Of a DNA stretch of 21,490 bases, positions 1 through 12,104 are shown piece after piece. This DNA is from Vermamoeba vermiformis (Eukaryota), in NCBI GenBank assembly GCA_045837725.1, contig JBEWZL010000294.1:310001-331490 (forward strand). Reading direction: 5' to 3'. How positions within the stretch are numbered: position 1 is the first letter of the stretch; the number at the start of each line of letters is the position of its first letter. Under the pieces are notes generated by a model. It was given only the letters and a program-made list of their open reading frames with translations. It was not told the DNA's origin and did no database searches. The translations under genes and the position numbers were made by a program.

Positions 1-3000
1 TCCGACGAAAGGGACGACCTTACAGCCAGAGTCAGTGAGCTAGAGAAGGCAATTGAACAAGGTGCAGCGGACAATAAGTTACTGCAAGACAAGATCGATA
101 ATTTCCCGCAAGTGCTTGAGCAAACCATTCAACAGACACGTGACAATATTGCCAAAGAGTTCGAGCCGAGCTTGAAGGACTTGGAAAATATCTTGAAGAC
201 CAAAGAACAGACTATCATCAGTCTGTTAGGAAAGGTTGAACACGTTGATTCACAGCGTGAGGAGGTCAGTGCAAAGTGCAAACAATTTGATTTTTTTCGT
301 GGTCTGACGTTTGGGTAGATTTTGGAGAGCAGAAACAAGCTCGAAGAAAAGTTCAGTCAAGAAAAGTCAACGCTCGAAGAACAGATCAAGAAGCTGCAAG
401 AAGAGTTGGCGGACAAGAGCAACACTTCTAACGAGGCTGAACGTGCTGTGGACGAGGAGAAGACACGTCTTGAAGGTGTGATTGACAAGTTGAACAAGGA
501 TATTGCCGAGGCCAAGCAGCGTGAAGAAGCCATTCAGAGCGAGTTGAATACTCTTCGCACTGAATTGGAGTCCTCGAAACAACATCACGAGAGCGATAAG
601 ATCAAATTCAGAGAACGAGAAGAAGAGCTTTCGGTACGTACACGTGATACTAGTGCGAGTGCCTTATCTAATCTTCCACAGAAACGCGCGAGTGACTTGC
701 AAGATCGCGTCGCTAAGGACGAAGAAGTGTTGAGCGGACTCACTCAATCTTTGCGCGAATTGAACACAGACAACAACCAGCTGAAGGAAATGTTCGCGGA
801 GTACGTGCTTGCATAACTTACCAAATATAATGTGTAATTAACGGCCGGCCATTGCTTGTAGAGTTCAACAAAAGCTATCGGTCAAAGAAAGAGAGCTCGA
901 AGAATTCAAAGAAATTCACGCGAGCAAGTCTAACGAGGAGCACTTAAGACTCGAAGAGAAATTGACCGAGAAACTTGAGCGCGTGTCACAATTGACGAAA
1001 GAGAACGCTACTTTGGAGTCTAAAGTCGCGTCACTCGAGTCCGCTCTAACTGAACGTAATGAGCAGATCAGCAAGGTGTCCAGCGACAAACAACAAATCA
1101 GCGAGCAATTGGAAAAGTTGCTCGAAGAAAAGTCTCAACTTGGTAAGTGCTCGTTATTTCCTATTTGGCAATGAACTAAAGAACGACAGAACAAGACGTT
1201 GCTGCAGCAAAAGAAGATTCTCAGAGTATCAACAAAGAGTTGGCGCAATTGAGGGCTGAAAATGAACGACAGCAACAACATTCTTCGGATTTGAAGTCCT
1301 CGCTGAGCGGTCAATACGAGCAACAGATTGAAACACTGCAAAAGGCATTGGACAAGGCTGGTGAACAACAGCGTGCACAAGAAGAGGAGCTCTTGGCTCT
1401 CAAAGAGGAAATTCACGACAAGAAACAACGCGTCAAACAATTGAGTGACGAAAACACCTCGTTGAAGAGCACTGTTGAGCAACAGAGAGAAGAGTTGGCC
1501 AAACAAGCTCAGTCCCCGCAACAACCTAGCCAACCGTCAGACGAGTCTACTAACGAAGTCAAGGCTGGTACGTAGAGTCGTCATGCTATTGAAGACAATT
1601 GTGCTCATTGAAGCTTCAGATGACGCGTTGCAACAACGAGCTTCGGAGATGGAGAAGTTGATCGAAGTCAAAGAAGATTTGATTCGTGAACAGGGCGAGA
1701 AGTTGAAGCAAATGCAAGATGTAAGGACTACAAACACCACGGTAGTTGAAGCTGATTCTTTCTGAAAATAGGAATTGAATGAGCGCAATGACCGAGTGGC
1801 CACGCTCGAGACTTCAGTTGCAGAACAGGCAGAACAACTGAAGAACATTCAACAGCAGCTCGAGCAGTCCAAGAACCAAGTCGATGAGTTGAAACAAATC
1901 GCTGAATCGGCACAAAGTCAAGTGCAACAGAGCAGCGACGAGAAGTCGAGTGTGGACGTGACTCATCAGAACGAGATCAAGCAGTACCAAGACAAGATCA
2001 GCAAGTTGAAAGTGCTGTTGAACAGAGCTCACCAACACATCTCTGAGAGCAACAAGAGCGTTAGTGACACTAAACAAGAGTTGGCCAATTTGAAGAAAGT
2101 CAACGCGGATCTGACTCAACAAATCGCGAAGATGGAGCGCGGTCAAAATCAATTGATCGAAGAGACCGTGCGCTCAAAGACACAAGAAGAGATTGAAAAG
2201 CGGTTGTCGAACTTGACGCGTGTCCAACGTGAAAAAGAGACCAATTATGAAAACACGATTCGTTCGCTGAAAGAGCGCTTAGCTGACCTCGAAGAGGAGT
2301 TCAAGGCCTATCGAGCACGTGCTCAATCGGCAAGTGTGGCGCAACCTACTGCCGAGGCTGATGACGACGATGACGTCACGAGAAAATTGCAACAAAAAGT
2401 CAACGAGCTGCGAAAACAGGTCACCAACTTAACCAAGTATGTCGTTACTGTCACTATTAACGATGCAATATTAATGGGTTTACAGTGCCAATACCGAGTT
2501 GGAGAGAATGAAGATCGATGTGGCGCAAAAGAGTTCATTGTTGGAACAGTCAAAGAAACAGCTCGAAGAGTTGCAAAGTTTCAACACGAAATTGCAAGAG
2601 GAGCTCAAGACACGCGAAGAAATTTCGAAGCAAAAGAAAGAAAAGTTGAAAGAGACGTTGAACCAATTGGAGGCCAAACACGTCCAGTGTAAGCTTCGGA
2701 ATTGACCGGGAAGACTTTGCAAGCATTTTTTTACATTTCTTTTTTTAGCATTGATGGAGGCCGAAGAGCGCCATAAATACGCGAGTGAATTGTTGAACCA
2801 ACAAATTGCCAAGTTGAAGGAGCAATACGGATCCTTGGAGCGACAAAAAGAGGAAGAAGTTGCTAACCTTAAGGACACTATTGAAGTAAGACCACCTAGT
2901 ATAGTATACATCCTGTACTTGCATACTAATATCCATTCATAGCTGATGAAACAAGCGAACAGAATGGCACGACAAAGAGAGGCAAAAGAAAACGAAAAAA

Positions 3001-3637
3001 TTCATTCTCAGCCTGAATCTCCGCCAATGCCGATTGCTAATGTCAACAATACCAATGTAAATAATAACGCTAATATCAACAACGCGGTGCTGGAGCCGGT
3101 CAATGTTCCAACTCTTACTAGCGGATCTGCCGACGAAAAACAATTCTTCCATTTTGCTCAATTACAAGCTCAGCGGGACGAAGAAATCAGCAAATTGAAG
3201 CAAACGATTGCAGAGTTGCAACAAAACCTCAAAGAGAGCGAGAAGATCATTCACTTGCACGAGATGCAACAAAAAGTTTTGAAGGAAGAGATCCGCACTA
3301 GTATTAAAGAGCGCAATCAGACCTCACAGATCAGTCAACTCAGCGAGGCAGGAATCAACCTGACCTATTTGAAGAATGTTATCATCAAGTTTATGGAGAC
3401 CGACGAAATCGAGGTGCGTTTCATTATTTTTTCCGAATGTGCTGATCTAATACAATCATGCAGAGCTTGTTGCCAGTTATCGCTAAAATATTGATGTTTA
3501 CGCCTGAAGAGATTAAGAGCATAAAAGACAAGCGAGCGCAACGTTCTGGTGGCGGCATCTGGAAAATGGTAAGTCTTGCCAACGAAAATTCTCCAGTCCA
3601 AATTTGGATCTAACTCAGTCCGTAGTTTTCGAAATAG
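1..3637 (+). CDS. GRIP-domain golgin (long coiled-coil trans-Golgi tether), 5' end outside the window; about 11 introns visible
   Basis: Successive E/K/Q/L-rich heptad ORFs joined by short GT-AG introns (e.g. 634-681, 3414-3463, 3569-3625). The spliced C-terminus reads INLTYLKNVIIKFMETDEIE|SLLPVIAKILMFTPEEIKSIKDKRAQRSGGGIWKM|FSK*, matching the GRIP motif (YLKNVxxxF...LLPVIxxxLxFxPEE, terminal Trp). TAG at 3635-3637, AATAAA at 3649. Confidence 0.9.
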
Positions 3638-3707
3638 ATCGGCGCCAGAATAAAGCAACCCTTCTTTTTGACGACTTCACGAAGAGGGTCGACAAATTTT
3701 CATCTGA

Positions 3708-3780
3708 GGGGGCGTAGCTCCAACGGTAGAGCGGCGGATTCCAGGTCCGATGGTTGCGTGTTCGAATCACGTCGCCCTCA
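3708..3780 (+). tRNA. tRNA-Trp (CCA), intronless
   Basis: Cloverleaf: acceptor GGGGGCG/CGCCCTC+A, D arm GCTC/GAGC, anticodon arm gCGGA-TT-CCA-GG-TCCGa, T arm GCGTG-TTCGAAT-CACGT. T6 Pol III terminator at 3785-3790. Confidence 0.95.
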
Positions 3781-3819
3781 TTACTTTTTTGCTCGTGTTC
3801 GAAAGCATAACTAATATTT

Positions 3820-3893
3820 TGGGCTGTGGTTCAGTTGGTAGAATATCGTATTGTCGCCGGAGACGCGGATTCGATCCGCCCACTTTTTTTTTT
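3820..3893 (+). ncRNA. degenerate tRNA-like element (Asp-GTC-like pseudogene or tRNA-derived small RNA)
   Basis: A box/D arm TGGTTCAGTTGGTAGAAT, central TT-GTC-GC, GGAGAC variable region, T-arm hairpin GCGG-ATTCGAT-CCGC, then CCAC and a T10 run. Anticodon and acceptor stems do not pair properly. Confidence 0.6.
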
Positions 3894-3928
3894 AGGTATT
3901 CGTGTGTTTAATGGTACAGTAATATTTA

Positions 3929-4528
3929 TTAAGGATAATATTCGCACGTTACAAACGAGGTAGGAGTGCAGCTAAATCGGGTTGTGAGTAATTTTGTAAC
4001 TGCTCCCTGACAAACAGTGTTCTTTTCGAACAACCACTGTAGCGCGTCGTTCGGATCGCACGATAAAAAGTACGACTTGCTTTGTAGATACTTACGACAT
4101 ACGCCGGTTAAGTCGTAGTACGTCGTTTCCGCGTACTTTGCTTCACAACCTGGATGGTACTGTTCGTTAAAGCTTTGTCCGACAACGTAGGGACCAGGAT
4201 TTCCAGTTAATTTGGTGATGTTTGGAAAGCTGTTTGTGCACATCTTGTAGACGTTATCATCGCATGTATTGAGCTTGTGTACTTTTTTTTGTCGGCAGCC
4301 TCGATCGCATTGGGAATTTGAGCACAGCGTTTCGATTGCTTCATCTTCACCGGTGCACTCAATTAATCTATATCCAAATGTTTCTTGAAAGCAATTGCCA
4401 TTATATACTCGTACATCGGCTTGTAAAAACGGTTTGGATGCGTTGCAACCGATGCCTTCAATGAGGAATGAGGCCTGCACGAATAGCAGCAGCAACGATA
4501 AAATATAAGTGAATAGTAAAGCTTTCAT
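3929..4528 (-). CDS. secreted cysteine-rich protein, 199 aa, unknown family
   Basis: Single ORF from ATG (4528) to TAA; signal peptide MKALLFTYILSLLLLFVQA; 14 Cys; no intron needed. Confidence 0.8.
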   Translation of the reverse strand: MKALLFTYILSLLLLFVQASFLIEGIGCNASKPFLQADVRVYNGNCFQETFGYRLIECTGEDEAIETLCSNSQCDRGCRQKKVHKLNTCDDNVYKMCTNSFPNITKLTGNPGPYVVGQSFNEQYHPGCEAKYAETTYYDLTGVCRKYLQSKSYFLSCDPNDALQWLFEKNTVCQGAVTKLLTTRFSCTPTSFVTCEYYP

Positions 4529-4716
4529 TTGAGAGCATGAACAAATAAGAAGCCTTTTCTATGTCCGGTTGAGGAACGTTTTCGGCTAAAATGGGAAGCC
4601 CCACGTGACAACCCCTCAACCCGGTTCGATGAAAACTAATGGTTAAAGTAGCTTGAATTTTGATTGGAAACGTGGTATAAATAATAATTATCTGATCTGA
4701 AACTAGATCGGTGTAT

Positions 4717-7700
4717 TTATTTTCTGAACGGCAATAACAACTTATCCACAGCTGTAGCCAAGTTTGCGTTCTTCGCGGTAACAGTTTGCAATCTGGCAAT
4801 TATATCCTGGAGCTCAGTAGCGAATACAAGTGTTCCAGTGGCTGTCTTCAAGTTGAGCATCGCTGCCACGGCCTCCAAAGCATTCTGTCTGATTGTTTCG
4901 ATCCTAATGAAAAAAAAGTAAGTCAGGAGGAAAGCTACCAAAAGCAGTCTTACTTGGCATCGAACGAGGAGAAGATTGCGTTCAAACACGCTTTACGTCT
5001 CTCCGTAGTGAAGATCTGGCTCAGCACAGCTTCGCTCTTCTCAACTAATTTTCCGAACAAAATCTATTTTTGGCGTTAGATCTGTAAGGGGGCAAATAAG
5101 GGTCGTACCTTGAATGCAACCAATATTTCCGACTTGACTGGCCACTCTTGGATCTGATGTTGGGCCACGAAGAAGTCTATCAAGCTGTTCACTACAGCGG
5201 CGTCGTCAGAGCGATTGTACGCGAGTGCGAGGCACCGAAAAGCCTTGCCGCGACATTCGAGTTCAGCTTGACTGATCTTGTCCGAGCTCTTTTTCTCCTC
5301 TTCGTCTTCTTCTTGCTCAGCCTCACCACTGGCGATTTGCACGAGCATATCTTTGAGCGAGTCGAACACGTCAAACTTGTACTCGCGGTAGAGTTGTGTG
5401 ACTTGGTCGAATGAATTCAACACTGAGGCCAAGCAGTTCAGGGCTTCTTTCTTGTAGTCACGGTTGCGTTTCTTACACTCCGTCGCACACACTTGAACAA
5501 TCTGAGCGGGTGTAGAAGCAGCTTTGTCCGTACTTGAGAGCTCGAAGATGTTTCGTTTGTAGTTCGAAACGAACACCTGCAAGGCCTCCAATAGTGATTC
5601 TTTGCCTTGCCACAATCGTCCGCGCATTGAAGTCAACAAGCTCGAGAGCAAAGCTTTGAATTGAGTCGCGTCCATTTGTGAGTAGTTAATGCCATTCGCA
5701 AACTTGGTAATGCTTGCGGCACCTTGTTTCTTGATCATCCATGACGACGAGTCCAATGCCCTGCAGCATGTTAAAAAAAGTGCGAAGACATTAATTATGC
5801 ACGTACTTCGTGATGATCTCAACAACTGGATCGATGTACAAACTCAGCGAAGCGCCAGCTTCTTGCCAAATCTCCGTGAAAATCTTTTGCGTTTCCTCAT
5901 TCGGATCTTGTCGGGCAAAGAAGACGATGGGAATGATCGTACTGCACAAGTGTTAGTTTGAACCGCCGAACCGTGCGAACTACTGCTTACCGATAAAATG
6001 GCTGCATTGCATAACCGCAGTTCTTTAACAAGGCCAAGATTGCTTCTGCCACTCCCAAACTGCAAGAACGAGTTAGTAAGAGGCACAGAATCAAACATTG
6101 ACAACGTACCGAGTAGGCATATCTTCAGCTTCGGCCTTTTGATATCGATCGACCAAGTCCTCGACGCTGTTCTGCAAGCTCTTCTCCGACGAGAGTTTTC
6201 CAACGGCTCCCACCGCAAGTGCGACTTCTTTACGCACAATGTTTGATTTGGCTGGCAGTAAGCCAATCAAATCCTTCAACAGCTTAGGAAGAGCGGGCTT
6301 CACGGCCTCTGGTCGTTGCAGCGCAGCCTTTTGAACGAACTGCGCGGAGAATGCTTTGGCTGAAGTACTTAGAGCAGTCTTGCATGTGCTAACCGCGCGA
6401 TTGAGAGCAGCAGGGCCTGTTTGAGCGTCAAGTGCGTCGAGTGCTGCTGCAATGACCAGTTCGGCAGGGCCACCTCGTGCAGTTGATCGACGAACTTCAT
6501 CGAGCATGTCTTTGGAAATACCGTAACTGCAACCGAGTTAGTCTAAACAAGGGAAAAAAGATTTCTTACCTTTCAGCATGTTGCTCGATGTAATTGATCT
6601 CTTGAGGTTCATTGAACGCAATGGACTCGAGCATAGTGCCCACCAATTCCTCGAGATGAGGCTAGTGAAAGCGAGGTGAGCGAACGATTCGCGAGTCAAA
6701 TTCACATACCTTGATCAAGAAGGCAGCTGTCTTGCAGATTGACGCGATTTGTTTCATGGACAACTGTCGCACATCAGCCACGGATGAGTTGATGCCTTTC
6801 TTCAACAGGAATGGCAAGGCCATATCGACGGCTTGTTGCGCTTGTTTGACGGGAGTGTGTTGCGGATCACAGAGTCGAACGGTGATCGAGGCAAGAGTCT
6901 TGTAAAGTCAGTCACTAATCGGAAAATTAAAAAGTAATTGGTACCTTGAACGCTTGCTCTGCAGCTTTGCGAACGGTTTCTTTAATGTCGTCAATAACGA
7001 GAGTTATTTTAGCCCACAGTTGTTCGAGGTAGGGCAGCACTTGATCCGCACTCTTGCCCACCAATAAATCGGCAATCGCGTAACATGTTGCCTCGCGAGT
7101 ACGCCATTGACTAGAGAACATGTTGTCCAGCAAGTCTTTCATCAGATCGTCAAAGTAGAGTGATCCAACCTGCTTGCTATCCACGAGCGCGTTCAAGATG
7201 TTGGTCATGGCACTTGCAATCTTTTGATTCGGGTCATATTGCGAGCGATAGAGCTTAGGAATGAGCTTTGGCAGGTAAGGCTTCAATTGACTTTCAGCTT
7301 TGGTTGCCAATGTCTTTGCGGCAAATGCAGCGCCCTTCTTAGAGTTCCAAAGTGCGTGATGCGATGCCAAGTTCAAGAATTTGTACACGAGGTCAGGTTG
7401 GTTCATGTCCGTAGCCAGAGACGCCAACTCTTTGTACGTCGTCAAGCCGCTGCCTTCTTGCGTCACACCCCAGATTTGCGAGCCTTGATCGACTTTGAAA
7501 CCTTGGTGGCCTCCACTCAGGGTCGAGACAAGGTCGCCAACAAGAGCTTGTTGCATGTTCTGGTCGCCGAGTTCGAACAACAGTACAAGACCACGAGAGG
7601 CGACTTCTTGAACCTGTACACGCTGTCAGTTAAAATGAAGAATAGTGCACGTGCTACGTACCACTTCGTTGTTATCGGCCAGCAATCTTCCGAAAGCAGC

Positions 7701-10700
7701 TTGAATCTTTCCGAGGCGTGAGGTGACCGCCGGATGAGTGCCAACTTGTTTGACGATAGAAAGCAGCCAAATGCACGCGGCAGTACGAGTGTCACTTCTG
7801 TCGCTGAATAAGTACTTGTCCAACAGTGTTGATACCACAGTCGACATGGGTTCATCTTCGTATTCACTCGACTTGCGTTGATCTACCGAACAGTTAGCCC
7901 AATACAAGCAAAAAGTCTTTTGTTACCTCTATCGTCCAGGGACGCGATTGGGTCAGTAGCTGCGGTTGATTGCCACGCCACAGCAGCGAGTGTGATGGCT
8001 TCGCCGATGGTAAAGTAGACCTCTTCTTGCTTGACCCTGTGTTCCATTAGCACGTGTATCAAGTGTAGCAATTACAACTTACTTGAAAAGATTAAGCAAG
8101 GCGTCCAAGATCTGCTTTACAGTTTCGGCACTGCGATCGCCGAGTGCAACATTTCCAAGAGCTTCTGCAGCAGTTTCAATCTGAGCTCCTTCAGTGCTAT
8201 TGAGAATAGTCACGATTCGCGCGATGATTTGAGTCTTTTTGGCGCCATCAACAGGCAGTGGTTTGAATCTGCCAATAATGCCAATGCTCTGGCACGCAGT
8301 GAGTTGTACAGTAACTATCGAGGATTGCACGCTGTTCCAAAGTTCATCCATAACAGCTGTGAGGAGTTCTTGAGGCAACGCGATGTTTCGTTGATTGCAA
8401 CGTGAAATTCCGTAACTCATAGCCCACATGGCACCCAACACTTCGTCCTTCTTAGCACCCTCGCGGGACTTGACTTTGGTCAAAAGTTCGTTCAGCACTT
8501 TCACTCGTGCTTCGTCAGTGTAGTACCATGCAATTGAAATACTCAGCAATTGAGCCAAACTCTTCTGTCCGTCGCGATTGCCGCGTTCAACACCCGATGC
8601 ATTGGGCACGACGGATGCAACTGAAGAAGGACTGATTGCTGCCATTTTGAGCGCTGTGTCTGCGCCCACACGAAGTAGCTCCGAGCTCGGTATGGGACCG
8701 AGCACTTCAGCAATTAGGTCACTACAAATGCGAAGTCAGGGTTATGATTATTATGTATAAGTGAGCTTACCATAGCTTGGCGATGGAGTGATTATTCTTG
8801 GCGGTTATCTTGTCAACGTACTCGCGCAACAATTTGAACTTCCGCTTTGAATCTTCGTTTTGTTCAGTAGGGGTCATCTGGGCGTCAATTGAATGTTCTA
8901 AGCACGAATACAAATACTCCAAAATATCTTTGTAGGTGGCTTCGTTGAACGGTAATTGGTCTGGCTTGCGTCGTGAAACGGCCTTTTCGTGAACATAGTC
9001 ACATAATTCTAACTACGTGTAAGTACGTGCACACGGCAAATTAGTGTGGACGTACCTTCAAAATCAGGCCATTTTTGAGTCTCGTCAGCAATAACATCTC
9101 GGTCGTTGCGCTTATACGGCTTCAAACCTCGGTGACTCTCTTCGCGCACGTCACTTCGCTGGTCGTTGCTCAGCAGCAGATTGATGTAGCGAGCAGGAAC
9201 GTGTTGATAGACAAACAAACGATTCGTGTAGTATACGCTCAAGTAGCGCGATTGAGAGTCGCCCTTTTCGGCGTTTGCCAACAAGATTGATTCAACTTTG
9301 GCTTTGACTTCGGGATTTGATTCAATGACTGGCAAGTAGGCAGTGCACATGTGCGTGAGTGCCTCTTGAATGTACACGCGCACGTTTGGTTCTTCAGTGG
9401 ACGTGTCTTGGAAGAACTCCTCGAGGAGCTGCACATTGTTGGAGAATAGCTGTGGCGCTTTCTTACTGAGAGCACCAATGGCCGAGTAGATGGAACCACG
9501 CAATTGAGAGGTAACTGAACATTGGTTAATCGAGACTGTGATATGAACGGTGAAACTTACGAGAATCTTGAGCTTCAGGCTGTTTGAGCGCGGTAAGCAG
9601 TTTCAATAGGCCCGAGAACAATATCGGAGCCATCATTTGAATGTATTTGTCATCAGCCATCCGTAGCACCCATTGTACGAATGAAATGGCCACTTGTTTC
9701 ATGCGCGAAGTAGATTCAGTTCCTAAAACAAGTGTTAGAGCTGCTTTAAGAAAAATCATCGCAAGTACCAAATAGAGCCTCGAAGATGAGTTGCAACGAG
9801 GCCGGAAAGTTGTTCGTGGCCATGGTGGATCTGTTCAAATACTCCAATATTTTCATTTTGACATTGTACGAGACTGGAGATCGCTTGTCATCAGCCACTT
9901 GCTCGGTCTTTTGCGTGCCCAAGAAGAGTTTAAAGAGTTTATCGACGACCTCCTTGTCTTCCAAATCTTTGGCCACGAAGTATTTTCTGATACCGTCTTC
10001 TCCTTTCCGTGCCACTGAGTTGATGTTATCTGAAGCAGCGATTGCAAAGTGAACAAATATCTCTTGTGAGGCGAATAGATCACCAATGCCAATCAAAAAA
10101 TCGATGACGTTTTCTTTAACCTTGGCAAGTGCGTCGTACGTCCATGCCGTTTTGCCTTTCACGCGCTTTTGTGCGTTGACACTCAGGCCAGGGGCCAGAA
10201 AGTTCGGACTACGTGCGTGTTAGTAGCTGTCACAGCGAGATGGCTGAAATATCTACGTACTTCTCTTGTAATTCTTTGGCGGAGGGAATCACGAGCAATA
10301 ACAAGTCGAGCCAGTAGTCCAATATGATGTTTTTGTCCTTGGCCGAATGCGTGAACATGAATTGGGCTTGTCGCTGCAATTTGTCTTGAGGGATTTTGAA
10401 GTTGTGAAGTACCTGCCGATTGATTGCAAGTTAGCATTAGTGCATAGGGTTGTTGATTCAAAAACTCACTTGTGTAGTCATGCTCAAGATAATGTCCTGT
10501 TGAGCCGTGGGCAAAGCCGAGATCTGGTTGTATAAAAGCGCGGTGGTTTCTTGTTGATCCTTGTTTTGACACGTGAGAACCGTAAATTGTGATTTAAATC
10601 GACTTACGGCCACTGGCGCGCGGTTAAATGCCATTTCTAGGTAAATCAAAGCGAAGTTCTTTTGGAATGCATTCAAACTCGGATTGACGAAAAGATCACG

Positions 10701-11171
10701 CAAGTCACGCAACGGTAACTGATCAAATAAGTAAGTAAACATCTAGAATACTAAACATTATATTTACCTTGATATTTGGCTGCGTTTTAATTCGTTTGTT
10801 GATGTGACTGAGTACTTCTAGCGTCTTTGAATTGCGTGAGTAATCATTATTTTCAAAAATTGAAATTGCTTTAGAATGTCAAATACGTGCTATAAAAAGA
10901 CTAATTTCATGTTCTAATTTATTTAGGAAATTATTTGAAGCGAATTTGAGAAAAGTTTTTCAGTGACTAATCTGTTCTCACTGGTTTGCTTGTTAACTTT
11001 CAATCGTTCTATTACCTTATTGCGGACTTTATCAGAAGTGGTATTTAATTCTCTGATGATCGGCACTAGAACACTCGTCAAGACGGATTCCAGCTGCGAG
11101 TCATCGGTTAGCGCGAGTTTGAACAGGACCTTTTCTAATAGCTCTAAACTTTGTTGTTCGGATGTTGCCAT
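4717..11171 (-). CDS. ECM29: proteasome adapter/scaffold ECM29 (HEAT-repeat protein), about 20 introns
   Basis: Exons splice in frame from MATSEQQSLELLEKVLFKLALTDD...LEVLSHINKRIK. Recognisable ECM29 blocks: NFALIYLEMAFNR, VQEVASRGLVLLFELGD, LTTYKELASLATDMNQPDLVYKFLNLASHHALWNSKKGAAF, LIPKLYRSQYDPN, SQWRTREATC, IDDIKETVRKAA, GRLWQGKESLLEAL. TAA at 4717-4719. Confidence 0.93.
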
Positions 11172-11496
11172 TGTGGTTCAGTATTTACATTAAATTAATA
11201 ATAAAAGAACATCCAATTGAACAACACGGTAATTTTGACGGTCTGCCACGCAGCAAAATTAAAAGGACGGAACGGAAGGCCATTTGGCAAAAGAGACTTC
11301 GATGCGGTAACTGTACGAATTATCTTCGCCTCTCAGATTTTGCTGATTGCTGCGCTGTTAATTTCTATCGAAATCGAACGTGGATCTCGCATAAAAATCG
11401 AAGTGTTTCGGGCCTCTGTGCGAACAGTCGCGGTTTAATTGTCTCACGTAACCAAAAGTAATACTCACACAATTGAACACCACACTTAACACTAAC
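11172..11496. promoter_or_regulatory. short divergent intergenic region, probable bidirectional promoter for ECM29 and the EF-hand gene
   Basis: 325 bp between head-to-head ATGs at 11171 (-) and 11497 (+). Inferred from position only; no specific element identified. Confidence 0.45.
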
Positions 11497-12104
11497 ATGT
11501 CCAACGATAAGAAATCCGTTCTTGAAACCTCGATCTCGTCTGCCGATCGCTCCGAACTGAAGAGCAGTCTCGTGCGCAACTTATTTATGAGCACTGACAC
11601 ACTCTTAAAGGCGAGCATGGCGGACACGGACGCGATCGACAACGAACCTGAAGAGAATTGGAGAGAAGCTTTCACACAACCTTTGATGGTCGATAAGAAC
11701 CACGACTCACTTAGAATATTAGAGGAGGTATTTAAGAAGATGGATCCTACCAATCGTGGCTACATTGACGTCGATCAGCTCAAAGATCTGTTGCACGAGC
11801 TGGATTACGTTCCTACAAAGGATGAGGTATGGAATTATTGTTTAAAGAAGAACATAATAATAGTATTTGCTTAACAAGTCTCGAGAGATAAATTCAATCA
11901 AATCTAAATCTAAATTATTATTTTATCAGCTGGCAACGTTACAAAAAATTGCGGACAACAGAAAAGATGGAAGAATTCGATTAGGTAAGTTCTATCATCA
12001 ATTATAGTGTTGCATTGGAGCTGAACTTACCAATCCGTCTATTTGTAGACTCGTTGAAGCTTATAACAACGACCGGCCTTGGTAATCGTCCTTTGAACGC
12101 TTGA
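11497..12104 (+). CDS. small EF-hand pair protein (~146 aa); exons 11497-11826, 11930-11984, 12049-12104
   Basis: LEEVFKKMDPTNRGYIDVDQLKDLLHELDYVPTKDE|LATLQKIADNRKDGRIRLDSLKLI: two EF-hand-like loops with a calmodulin-type linker, both loops non-canonical. The frame of the last exon and its TGA stop are less certain. Confidence 0.75.

Noticed and set aside
3035-3085. AAY-rich stretch in the golgin (NVNNTNVNNNANINN)
   Set aside because: Ordinary Asn-rich low-complexity linker.
4615-4635. B-box-like GGTTCGAT
   Set aside because: No A box, cloverleaf or terminator nearby.
129-10535. Many antisense or alternate-frame ORFs over the golgin and ECM29 genes
   Set aside because: Shadow ORFs of real exons with no recognisable motifs.
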